Made by a program: the position numbers and the translations under genes
Assembly: GCA_905215775.1 (NCBI GenBank)
Contig: CAJMRM010000011.1
Location: 49-64,048 of the forward strand
DNA: 64,000 nt
DNA from: an uncultured bacterium
Lineage (GTDB): Bacteria; Bacillota; Clostridia; Lachnospirales; Lachnospiraceae
Direction of reading: 5' to 3'
Notes under the pieces: generated by a model
Databases searched by the model: none
Told to the model about the DNA's origin: nothing
Seen by the model: only the letters and a program-made list of their open reading frames with translations
In this document: positions 8,618 to 16,358 of the stretch, piece after piece
How positions within the stretch are numbered: position 1 is the first letter of the stretch
Layout: the number at the start of each line of letters is the position of its first letter

Positions 8618-9136
8618 CTATAAGTGGATGTTGAGACCGGATACGTCGATGTTTCCGCCGGAAAGCAGATCCTGAAAGTCGCCGGAAAGCTCAACAGACT
8701 GCGGGGTTGCGATAAATATGTAATTGGATATCTTCTGAAGATTTCCGTCCATGGAATAGGTGGCTCCGGAAGTGAAATCGATGATCCGCTGGGCCGTTTC
8801 TGTATGGATCCCCTCCATATTCAGAACCACAGCCTTCCCGGCCAGAAGGTAGTCACAGATCTCTCTGGCATCCTCCAGGGACGTGGGCTTGATCAGGGAA
8901 ACCTCCATGCCGCGCCGCATGGGAACCACCTTGTTATTGGAGGCAGTTCTGGGAAGGAACCTGGGCTTCTGCGCCTCCGGCTCGTCGTAGTCGTCCTCAT
9001 AGCTGTCTCCGCCTTTTTTAAACAATCCCTTTTTCGCGGGTTTATCATCATCCTCATAGTCGTCATCTAAGAAGTAATCGTCATCACTGTCCTCGTTTAA
9101 TCGCATAGAATCCATCAGTTTGTTCAGGAAACTCAT
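8618..9136 (-). CDS. sepF: Cell division protein SepF
   Basis: Acidic N-terminal linker followed by the conserved C-terminal domain (VVLNMEG...AQRIIDFTSGATYSMDGNLQKISNYIFIATP). Confidence 0.9.
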   Translation of the reverse strand: MSFLNKLMDSMRLNEDSDDDYFLDDDYEDDDKPAKKGLFKKGGDSYEDDYDEPEAQKPRFLPRTASNNKVVPMRRGMEVSLIKPTSLEDAREICDYLLAGKAVVLNMEGIHTETAQRIIDFTSGATYSMDGNLQKISNYIFIATPQSVELSGDFQDLLSGGNIDVSGLNIHL

Positions 9137-9837
9137 TCTTTCTTCTCTCCAATCTGTCTGGAACCAAATATACCGGTCCCTACTCTTATCATGGTGGCTC
9201 CTTCCTCCACAGCGACCTCAAAATCTCCGGTCATACCCATAGAAAGCACACTCATAGTACCATTATCAATGTTTTTACTTTTGATGTCAACATATAATTG
9301 ATATAATTTCTTAAAATGTTTTCGATTTTCTTCTGCATTTTCGACATTTGGCGCAATGGTCATGAGTCCTTTTACGCGTACATGGGGGAGAGCTCTGACC
9401 GATTCCAGAAGCGGGATCACCTCTTCCGCCATCAGGCCAAACTTGCTCTCCTCTCTGGCCACGTTGACCTCCAGAAGGATATCCGCAGTCATTTCCTTTT
9501 TTGCGGCCTCCTGCTCGATCTTTTCCGCCAGATGCAGGCTGTCCACCGAATGGATCAGTACGGCTTTCCCGACTACCTGCTTTACCTTATTGGTCTGCAG
9601 ATGACCGATCATATGGAATCTGGCATCCTCCGGCATCTCCGGGTACTTTTCCAGGATCTCCTGGACCTTATTTTCTCCAAAATCCCTGGCTCCCGCCTCA
9701 TAAGCCTCCTGAAGCATGGACAGGGGCTTCGTTTTACTGACTGCAATGAGGGTCACCTCCTCCGGACCTCTTCCGGCCCTTTCACAGGCGGCATCCACTC
9801 GTTCTCTTATGGTCTTTAAATTTTCTGCTACTGACAT
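9133..9837 (-). CDS. yggS: YggS/YlmE-family PLP homeostasis protein
   Basis: PLP-lysine context LIAVSKTKP, plus HMIGHLQTNKVK and MGMTGDFEVA. Confidence 0.9.
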   Translation of the reverse strand: MSVAENLKTIRERVDAACERAGRGPEEVTLIAVSKTKPLSMLQEAYEAGARDFGENKVQEILEKYPEMPEDARFHMIGHLQTNKVKQVVGKAVLIHSVDSLHLAEKIEQEAAKKEMTADILLEVNVAREESKFGLMAEEVIPLLESVRALPHVRVKGLMTIAPNVENAEENRKHFKKLYQLYVDIKSKNIDNGTMSVLSMGMTGDFEVAVEEGATMIRVGTGIFGSRQIGEKKE

Positions 9838-9850
9838 GATTCTCCTCCGG

Positions 9851-11245
9851 TTACTGATAAATAACGGTGCCGTTGGCCTTTACGGCCCTGGCATCCAGCA
9901 CAATATGGTCATAGACCGAAAGGCCGTAATCCGTGCCCTTGGCCACAATGTCGTACTCGTCGTTGGACGTCAGGATCTCAACCTTCCTGAAATCCGTATA
10001 TCCCTTATTGATATTATAAACTCCGGTCACAGAGGCCCTGGCCCCAACCTGGTACCGGTCCTGGGAATTTTCCTTCACCAGGTAGTCTCCCGGCCTGAAC
10101 TCACTGTTCTCTCCGGCATCCACATAGTAATACGTATCATCCGAATTATAGATGTCGCAGGAAACCAGCACGGCGCTGGCTCCGTTTTCGGTGTACGTTT
10201 CCTTCAGGAAGCCCCTTCCGCCGCCGGCCAGGTACTCCTTGGGGATCAGATAAAATTCCACATCCGTAACGGCGCTTTTGGGGATCTTCAGTCCGCTCAC
10301 CTCTTCGGTGATGATCTCAAAGTCCACAAACCGGTCCGAGATGAACTGCTCCATATATTTGGAAAAATCCAGCTTTCCATAGGTTTTTCCATCTCCTCCG
10401 GTGATCATGGAAAAGGCGCCGGAGGTCTTCAGATCCTTTCCGGCAAACTTTACCGTCAGAGAGGTTTTCCCATTATAAAGGGCCGCATCCTCCTCGGTCA
10501 TCTGGAATACCAGGGACCAGTCGCTGGAGGTCACCAGCTTGTAGGCCGGTTCTCCTACCCCCACCAGCTTCCCGGATTTCAGGATATTTTTCGTATATCC
10601 CGTCCGGTCAAACATTTCCTCCGTCACCTGGTTAGGGGCCACTCCCTCCAGGGAATCCACCATATAGGAAACGACCCCCGACTGATCGGCCCGCACCTGG
10701 ACAAAATTCACGCCCATTTCTGCCACAACGCTGTCCAGGTTTTTCAGAGCATCCACGCTCACATACTCCAGCACCTCCGAATCCAGCGTATATCTCGTAT
10801 CATAAACGGTCTTGAAATCGTTCTCATCAAAGGTCTGGCTGAAAGAGGAGAGCTGTTTTTTCAGGGACGTAAGGTTGTCCCTGGATAAGGCCACAGAGCC
10901 GTCGGTCTTTTCTGCCAGCAGCTCCGAAAGCTTTCCCGTTTCGTCCACGGAGTAGATCCTGGTTCCCACAGCCGCCTTTTTTCCTTCACGCAGATAGAAA
11001 TTGATGTTTCCAGCCTGCTCCGTATATTTTACAGTCTCCGTCCGGAACGCAATGCCCGTATGGCGCTGGTCATTGACGATGCTGCCCTCGGGAACCTCGT
11101 AAAACTCGATCTTTTCCCTGCGCACATATGTATATACATAAAAAGCCATGTACGCAAAGATCAGCGTAAAAATGATCATTCCCACATTTATATTCATGGG
11201 ACGGCGATACCGGATCACCTTTTTATTCTTTTTCTTTTTTGCCAA
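9851..11245 (-). CDS. Membrane-anchored HlyD-like (barrel-sandwich) protein of unknown function
   Basis: Basic N-terminus plus a single TM helix (MIIFTLIFAYMAFYVYTYV), followed by a long beta-rich ectodomain. The product call is from memory of similar proteins upstream of yggS in Clostridia and is not verified. Confidence 0.45.
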   Translation of the reverse strand: MAKKKKNKKVIRYRRPMNINVGMIIFTLIFAYMAFYVYTYVRREKIEFYEVPEGSIVNDQRHTGIAFRTETVKYTEQAGNINFYLREGKKAAVGTRIYSVDETGKLSELLAEKTDGSVALSRDNLTSLKKQLSSFSQTFDENDFKTVYDTRYTLDSEVLEYVSVDALKNLDSVVAEMGVNFVQVRADQSGVVSYMVDSLEGVAPNQVTEEMFDRTGYTKNILKSGKLVGVGEPAYKLVTSSDWSLVFQMTEEDAALYNGKTSLTVKFAGKDLKTSGAFSMITGGDGKTYGKLDFSKYMEQFISDRFVDFEIITEEVSGLKIPKSAVTDVEFYLIPKEYLAGGGRGFLKETYTENGASAVLVSCDIYNSDDTYYYVDAGENSEFRPGDYLVKENSQDRYQVGARASVTGVYNINKGYTDFRKVEILTSNDEYDIVAKGTDYGLSVYDHIVLDARAVKANGTVIYQ

Positions 11246-11332
11246 CTGCTCCCTCCGTTCAGAGTGCTTTTTTCATATCTTCCCTATTATATATGGATTA
11301 AGCGGAAAGTTCAAGTTTCTGTGAAAATTCCG

Positions 11333-11389
11333 CAAAAAAAGAGCTGCTGCAAAAGAGTGGTCTCTAAACTTCCCTTTTGCAGCAGCTCC
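11333..11389 (-). terminator. Intrinsic terminator of the mini P-loop gene
   Basis: The minus strand reads GAGCTGCTGCAAAAG...CTTTTGCAGCAGCTC (15-bp stem) followed by TTTTTTT. Confidence 0.8.
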
Positions 11390-11417
11390 TTACTATTCTT
11401 ACGAAGGAGCGGTTATT

Positions 11418-11837
11418 TTATAAGGCCACCAGCACCATATCGTTCGCGGAATCCGGAAGCTCTTCCCCGTCCATGGAAATGCTGAGCACAAAATTTACAT
11501 GGTATTTTGTACTTACCTGGTCAAGCTCTGCCAGAGTCGCGGAAATATCCTCGCCCTCCAGTCCGGCAAGCTTTAAGAAGCTGTCCAGGTACATAACCTC
11601 CAGATCATGGTCCTGGGAGATGATCCCACAGATAAAACCAACAAAAGCCTCAGCCGTATGTACCGGGAACTCTGCCACATTGATCAGACGGATCTTGTTG
11701 CTCAGTTCATACATATGCTTGGAGCTTTTATCTAAATATACGATGGAACCCTTGGATTCTTTCACGGCATTGTTGGCCATGTCCAGTAAATATTTTGTTT
11801 TTCCTTTTCCTTTTTTTCCAGCGATAATCTGCACCAT
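11418..11837 (-). CDS. Small (139 aa) P-loop NTPase-like protein, function unknown
   Basis: N-terminal Walker A (IIAGKKGKGKT) and candidate Walker B (LEVMYLDSF). AGGAGG RBS, own promoter and own terminator. Visibly lower GC than its neighbours. Confidence 0.6.
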   Translation of the reverse strand: MVQIIAGKKGKGKTKYLLDMANNAVKESKGSIVYLDKSSKHMYELSNKIRLINVAEFPVHTAEAFVGFICGIISQDHDLEVMYLDSFLKLAGLEGEDISATLAELDQVSTKYHVNFVLSISMDGEELPDSANDMVLVAL

Positions 11838-11896
11838 AACGATCTCCTCCTTGGATTTTATATAATTTGTATAAAAAATCGTTTTATTATGATATG

Positions 11897-11925
11897 ATTA
11901 TAGACTATTTGCTTAAAAATTGCAA
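11897..11925 (-). promoter_or_regulatory. Near-consensus sigma-A promoter of the mini P-loop gene
   Basis: The minus strand reads TTGCAA (11920..11925), N17, TATAAT (11897..11902), immediately after the dacB-like stop codon. Confidence 0.55.
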
Positions 11926-11928
11926 TGA

Positions 11929-12918
11929 CTATTTGTCAATTTTAGAAATAATATTTGTCATATCCTCATACAGGTTCGCCCGGCTGCCGGCTCCCATGAT
12001 CACAGACGCATATTCCCGTCCGTCCTCCGTCCTGGTCCCCATGATGAGGCAGTATCCCGCCGCCTTTGTGGTACCCGTCTTTCCGCCGAAAACCGTCAAT
12101 CCCTCCGGTGTCTCTGCCTTACCGTTCATATAATAATTTCCCACGGTCCAGGTGGCCGTCTTCTGGCTTCCGTCGCCGGCCGTATAGACCGCCGTGTGAT
12201 CGTGGGCGCCGATGATGGTACGGAACGTATCATAGGTCAGGGCTTCATGGAACATCAGATACAGATCATAGGCCGTGGTATAATGGTCCGGATCCGTAAG
12301 GCCGTTGGCATTGGCAAAGTGGGTGCCTGTGGCCCCCAGGCGGGCCGCCTCCTGGTTCATCATGGATACAAAGCCCTCGATGGAGCCGCCCACATGGACT
12401 GCGATGGCATTGGCCGCATCGTTGCCGGAAGGGATCATCAGACCGTACAACAGATCCTCCAGGGACATCTGGTCTCCGGGGACCACACCCGCCATGGAGG
12501 ATCCGGTCTCCGTAATGACGGCCTCCTCCGGCACAGTCACCAAATCCGACAGATTCCCATATCTCAAAGCCACAATGGCCGTCATGATCTTCGTGGTGCT
12601 GGCAGGATTCATGCGCCCTGTGAGATCCCTCTGATAAAGGGCTGTCCCTCCGTCCAGGGGCAGGACTCCGGCGGCCCGGGCAGAAAGCTCCGCCGCTCCC
12701 TCCCCGGGGCTGTCATCGGTCTCCCCTGGCACCGCCAGGCCGGCGGCAAAGCCGGCAGCGCGCTCCTCTCCTTCCGCTTCCGCAAAGCGGACGGCCCGCT
12801 GCTCATACGAATACCCGTGATCCAGGCTGTTTCCTCTGCCGCATCCGGTGACCAGAACTGCGGCGGACACGGCAAGGCAAACGGCTCTGGATAGCCTGCA
12901 TGCTCTCTGACGGATCAT
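11929..12918 (-). CDS. Serine-type D-Ala-D-Ala carboxypeptidase (PBP5/DacB-like)
   Basis: SxxK ASTTKIMTA, SxN PSGND and KTG GKTGTT, plus a lipoprotein-like signal (LVTGCG). Start placed at ATG 12918, which forms an ATGA overlap with the mgsA stop. The track start at 12936 is also possible. Confidence 0.85.
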   Translation of the reverse strand: MIRQRACRLSRAVCLAVSAAVLVTGCGRGNSLDHGYSYEQRAVRFAEAEGEERAAGFAAGLAVPGETDDSPGEGAAELSARAAGVLPLDGGTALYQRDLTGRMNPASTTKIMTAIVALRYGNLSDLVTVPEEAVITETGSSMAGVVPGDQMSLEDLLYGLMIPSGNDAANAIAVHVGGSIEGFVSMMNQEAARLGATGTHFANANGLTDPDHYTTAYDLYLMFHEALTYDTFRTIIGAHDHTAVYTAGDGSQKTATWTVGNYYMNGKAETPEGLTVFGGKTGTTKAAGYCLIMGTRTEDGREYASVIMGAGSRANLYEDMTNIISKIDK

Positions 12919-13310
12919 TTGTACATTTCCCGCCACTCCAGGTCGCCCCGGTCCAGAGCCTTGATCAGCAGCTCGGCCGTGGCCAGGTTGGTGGCCAGCG
13001 GAACATTATGGATATCACAGAGCCTTACGGCCTTATTGACATCGGGCTCGTGGGATTTCGGCGATAAGGGATCCCGCAGAAAAATCACCAGGTCCATATC
13101 GTTGCTCTCGATCTGGGCCCCCATCTGCTGCTCTCCGCCCAGATGGCCGGGCAGATATTTATGGATATTCAGATTGGTGACCTCCTCGATCAGCTTCCCG
13201 GTGGTTCCGGTAGCATAAAGGTTATGCTTACATAAGATGCCCTTGTAAGCAATGCAGAAGTTCTGCATCAGTTTTTTCTTGGAATCATGTGCGATCAGTC
13301 CTACATTCAT
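12915..13310 (-). CDS. mgsA: Methylglyoxal synthase
   Basis: 131 aa with IAHDSKKKLM, ATGTTG and GPLGG-like LPGHLGGEQQ. Confidence 0.92.
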   Translation of the reverse strand: MNVGLIAHDSKKKLMQNFCIAYKGILCKHNLYATGTTGKLIEEVTNLNIHKYLPGHLGGEQQMGAQIESNDMDLVIFLRDPLSPKSHEPDVNKAVRLCDIHNVPLATNLATAELLIKALDRGDLEWREMYK

Positions 13311-13321
13311 ACTGTTCCCTC

Positions 13322-14452
13322 CTAAAATTCCAGCTTTCTTTGCTGTAAACCGACATTAAGTAAAATACCAATTCCTATATAAAGACTTGCCAGGGAGCTA
13401 ACGCCGTAGCTGATGAACGGCAGCGGAAGGCCGGTGTTGGGAAACACGCCGGTGGCAACTGCAATATTGGTAAATGCCTGGAACCCCACCAGTGCCGCCA
13501 TGCCGGTGCAGAAAAGCCGCCCGGCCATATCCCTCGCCCTGGACGCCATTCCCAGACACTCGAAAACAAACAGCAGGAACAGCAGAAGGACGGCCATACA
13601 GCCGATAAAGCCCAGCTCTTCACCGATGACGGAAAAGATAAAGTCTGTGTGCTCTTCTGACAAGAAATTTCCGTTTTTAACCGAAATGGCTGTGTCATTA
13701 AAAAGTCCCTTTCCGTAAAGCCGGCCGGAGCCGATGGCCATTTTGGAATTGTCCTGCTGGAGATTCAGTTCCGCATACTTCCCAGGATTGATAAAGGCCA
13801 GGATCCGGTTTACCTGATACGGCTCCAGAAAGGGCATCATATTGTTTTTTGCAAGCCAGACCACCAGGGCCAGGGAGGGCACCGCCACAGCCAGGGTACC
13901 CGCGATCCATTTGTAGCTGATCCCCGACATGTAGATCATGCAGAGGAGAAAAAAAACGATGACAATGCTGGTGGACAGATCCGGCTGCTTCAGGATCAGC
14001 GCCAGAGGCACAGCCGCCAGCGCAGCCGCCGTCACCAGCACCGAGGGCCGGTTGATCCTCTCCTGGTTCTTCTGAAGGAACCAGGAGAAGAAAAAGATCA
14101 GTCCGATCTTCACAAACTCCGAGGGCTGGAAGCGGCCGATGACGGGAAGGTCGATCCACCGTCTGGACCCGGCTCCGAAGCCGCCAAGCTGGCCTGCAAC
14201 GATCACCGCCAGAAGGATGCCCACGCAGCCGGCATACACCAGCACGCAGCATTTCATCAGCTTCCGGTAGTCCATCAGCGAGATCACGATGGCCAGCATA
14301 AGGCCGCCGAACATACCGATGAGCTGGCGGTTCACATAGCTTCTGTCACCGCCCACGGCGCTGTTTATGACCACGACGCCCACCAGGTTCAGGGCCAGTA
14401 CATAAAACAGCAGCCGGAAATTATAATTTCTGAAGTTGTACTCTGAAAACAT
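13322..14452 (-). CDS. rodA: SEDS-family peptidoglycan polymerase (RodA by context)
   Basis: 10-TM FtsW/RodA/SpoVE family (NLQQDNSKMAIGSG, TDFIFSVIGEELGF). Its position after minCDE and before mgsA is typical for rodA. Confidence 0.8.
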   Translation of the reverse strand: MFSEYNFRNYNFRLLFYVLALNLVGVVVINSAVGGDRSYVNRQLIGMFGGLMLAIVISLMDYRKLMKCCVLVYAGCVGILLAVIVAGQLGGFGAGSRRWIDLPVIGRFQPSEFVKIGLIFFFSWFLQKNQERINRPSVLVTAAALAAVPLALILKQPDLSTSIVIVFFLLCMIYMSGISYKWIAGTLAVAVPSLALVVWLAKNNMMPFLEPYQVNRILAFINPGKYAELNLQQDNSKMAIGSGRLYGKGLFNDTAISVKNGNFLSEEHTDFIFSVIGEELGFIGCMAVLLLFLLFVFECLGMASRARDMAGRLFCTGMAALVGFQAFTNIAVATGVFPNTGLPLPFISYGVSSLASLYIGIGILLNVGLQQRKLEF

Positions 14453-14736
14453 TAAAGAAAAGTCCCCTTTGTGCTGAGGACACGGATGGGGATGCTGGCA
14501 TAGAGGACCGGAAAACGTCCGCAGGCCTCAGGCCCATCCATCTGGGTGATCTTGATCTCCAGCCCATCCGTATCGATCTCCATGTATTTTGATATCGCTT
14601 TTATCATATCGTCCTTGATCATTTCAAGGATCTCCGGCGTGCATCCGGCCCGGTCCGAAATGAGTAAGAACTGAAGCCGCTTTTTTGCAATGGTCCCGGA
14701 GTTCCTTTTCGTCAGGATTTCCAACAGATTCACCAT
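14452..14736 (-). CDS. minE: Cell division topological specificity factor MinE
   Basis: 94 aa with an N-terminal membrane-targeting/MinD-contact region (SGTIAKKRLQFLLISDR). Directly follows minD. Confidence 0.9.
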   Translation of the reverse strand: MVNLLEILTKRNSGTIAKKRLQFLLISDRAGCTPEILEMIKDDMIKAISKYMEIDTDGLEIKITQMDGPEACGRFPVLYASIPIRVLSTKGTFL

Positions 14737-14739
14737 CCC

Positions 14740-15531
14740 CTAGGCCCGCTTTAAAAAGCCCTGGAACCGGGAAAGGATCCCTCTGCCCTTCTCAAGATCC
14801 ATCAGGGGTACCTCCTGACCAAGCACCCGTCTGCAGATATTGAGGTAGGCCTGTCCCGCAAAGGGGTTCATGCCCACGATCGGCTCTCCCTGGTTGGTGG
14901 AAACGACGATCTGGGCATCGTCGGGAATGGCTCCCAGGATCGGGATCCCCAGAATATCTGTCACATCCTCGATGGACATCATATCGCCCCGCCGCACCAT
15001 ATCCATACGGATCCGGTTGACGATAAGATCCGTCTTTGTGATCTCACTGGCCTCCAGGAGGCCGATGATCCGGTCGGCATCACGGATGGCGGAAACCTCC
15101 GGCGTGGTGACCACAAAAGCCCTGTCGGCGCCCGCAATGGCATTTTTAAAGCCCTGCTCGATCCCTGCCGGACAGTCCAGGAGTATAAAATCAAATTCCT
15201 CCCTCAGATCGTCCACCAGCTTTTTCATCTGGCCCGGGGACACGGAAGACTTGTCCCTGGTCTGGGCGGAGGGAAGCAAAAACAGGTTCGGATATCTTTT
15301 GTCTTTTATAAGGGCCTGCTTCATACGACAGTTGCCCTCCACGACGTCCACCAGATTGTAGACGATGCGGTTCTCCAGTCCCATGACCACGTCCAGGTTC
15401 CTGAGGCCGATATCGGTATCGATCAGTACGACCTTCTCCCCCAGCATGGCAAGACCAGTTCCGACATTCGCAGAGGTCGTCGTCTTGCCTACACCCCCTT
15501 TACCGGATGTAACAACAATGACTTCACTCAT
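14740..15531 (-). CDS. minD: Septum site-determining ATPase MinD
   Basis: Deviant Walker A SGKGGVGKTT and a C-terminal amphipathic helix (GILSRFQGFLKR). Confidence 0.95.
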   Translation of the reverse strand: MSEVIVVTSGKGGVGKTTTSANVGTGLAMLGEKVVLIDTDIGLRNLDVVMGLENRIVYNLVDVVEGNCRMKQALIKDKRYPNLFLLPSAQTRDKSSVSPGQMKKLVDDLREEFDFILLDCPAGIEQGFKNAIAGADRAFVVTTPEVSAIRDADRIIGLLEASEITKTDLIVNRIRMDMVRRGDMMSIEDVTDILGIPILGAIPDDAQIVVSTNQGEPIVGMNPFAGQAYLNICRRVLGQEVPLMDLEKGRGILSRFQGFLKRA

Positions 15532-15637
15532 AAGAATATCCTCCTGTATTCAGTTGTGGCAGCAGCCGTCCAGGATCTGGAGAACAGTTGCTGCTTATCT
15601 ATTCTATTTTACATGATAAACAGAAAATTTTCCAGTC

Positions 15638-16303
15638 CTAAATGAAATTTAATGCACTTAAAAAGCTCTTTTTTATGGGTTCCGAACAAATCCGGCCATT
15701 TTTGACAAGAATCATCATGGGGCCCCAGCCCAGGAGACGGCCCTTTTCTGCCTTCTGGTAGGCAAGGTCCGAGATCTTTATCTGGGAAGGCGCCATCTCC
15801 ATGGCCACCACCACAGCGTTCCTGTTTCCGGAAAGCCCGGCCTGGACCGTTCCCTTTAAGCTCCCCAGGATAATGACGTTTCCCTTGGCCGATACCCTGG
15901 CCCCGCAGTCCACATCGCCGATGACGACGATGCTGGCCTCGGATTCCAGAACGTCCCCGTTCCGCAGGTTTCCTTTATAGAACTGGCCCGTACTGGCGGA
16001 AAGCTCCATGAGCTTTTCATTTAACGCCTTCTCACATCTGCGGATCCGCTCCGCGTCCGAGTCGATGAGACACAGGATCTCGATCCCGGAGTTTTCTGTA
16101 ATGGCGTTGACCACGGAAAATTCCTCCTCCGGCGACAGCCTCCTGCCCTCCAGGGTCAGCGTCATCTGGGCGGATCCCCAGAACCTTGCTGTCTCCCTGA
16201 ATTTCTTTTTTACTGCCTCCAAAAGCTCCCCGAAGGGAAGGGCCGGATCCAGATACACCGTCATCCCGGCCTTGTTCCCCTTTATGACCACTGGGTTCTG
16301 CAT
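15638..16303 (-). CDS. minC: Septum site-determining protein MinC
   Basis: C-terminal beta-helix repeats (GDVLESEASIVVIGDVDCGARVSAKGNVIILGSLKGTV). Located upstream of minD. Confidence 0.9.
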   Translation of the reverse strand: MQNPVVIKGNKAGMTVYLDPALPFGELLEAVKKKFRETARFWGSAQMTLTLEGRRLSPEEEFSVVNAITENSGIEILCLIDSDAERIRRCEKALNEKLMELSASTGQFYKGNLRNGDVLESEASIVVIGDVDCGARVSAKGNVIILGSLKGTVQAGLSGNRNAVVVAMEMAPSQIKISDLAYQKAEKGRLLGWGPMMILVKNGRICSEPIKKSFLSALNFI

Positions 16304-16358
16304 GAAAGAAGCCTCCTTTTTACTTTAAATCCCGGACGCCTGCCCGGGCCGCCGTTCC

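Noticed and set aside
8617-8694. N-terminal extension of the ylmH ORF overlapping sepF. Similar 5' extensions occur at 452..493, 658..708, 1722..1793, 36286..36303, 38547..38606, 40185..40253, 45913..45975, 49242..49277, 55426..55485, 57086..57187 and 63879..63899.
   Set aside because: In each case an internal ATG has a better RBS or removes an implausible overlap, and the extension has no conserved-looking sequence.
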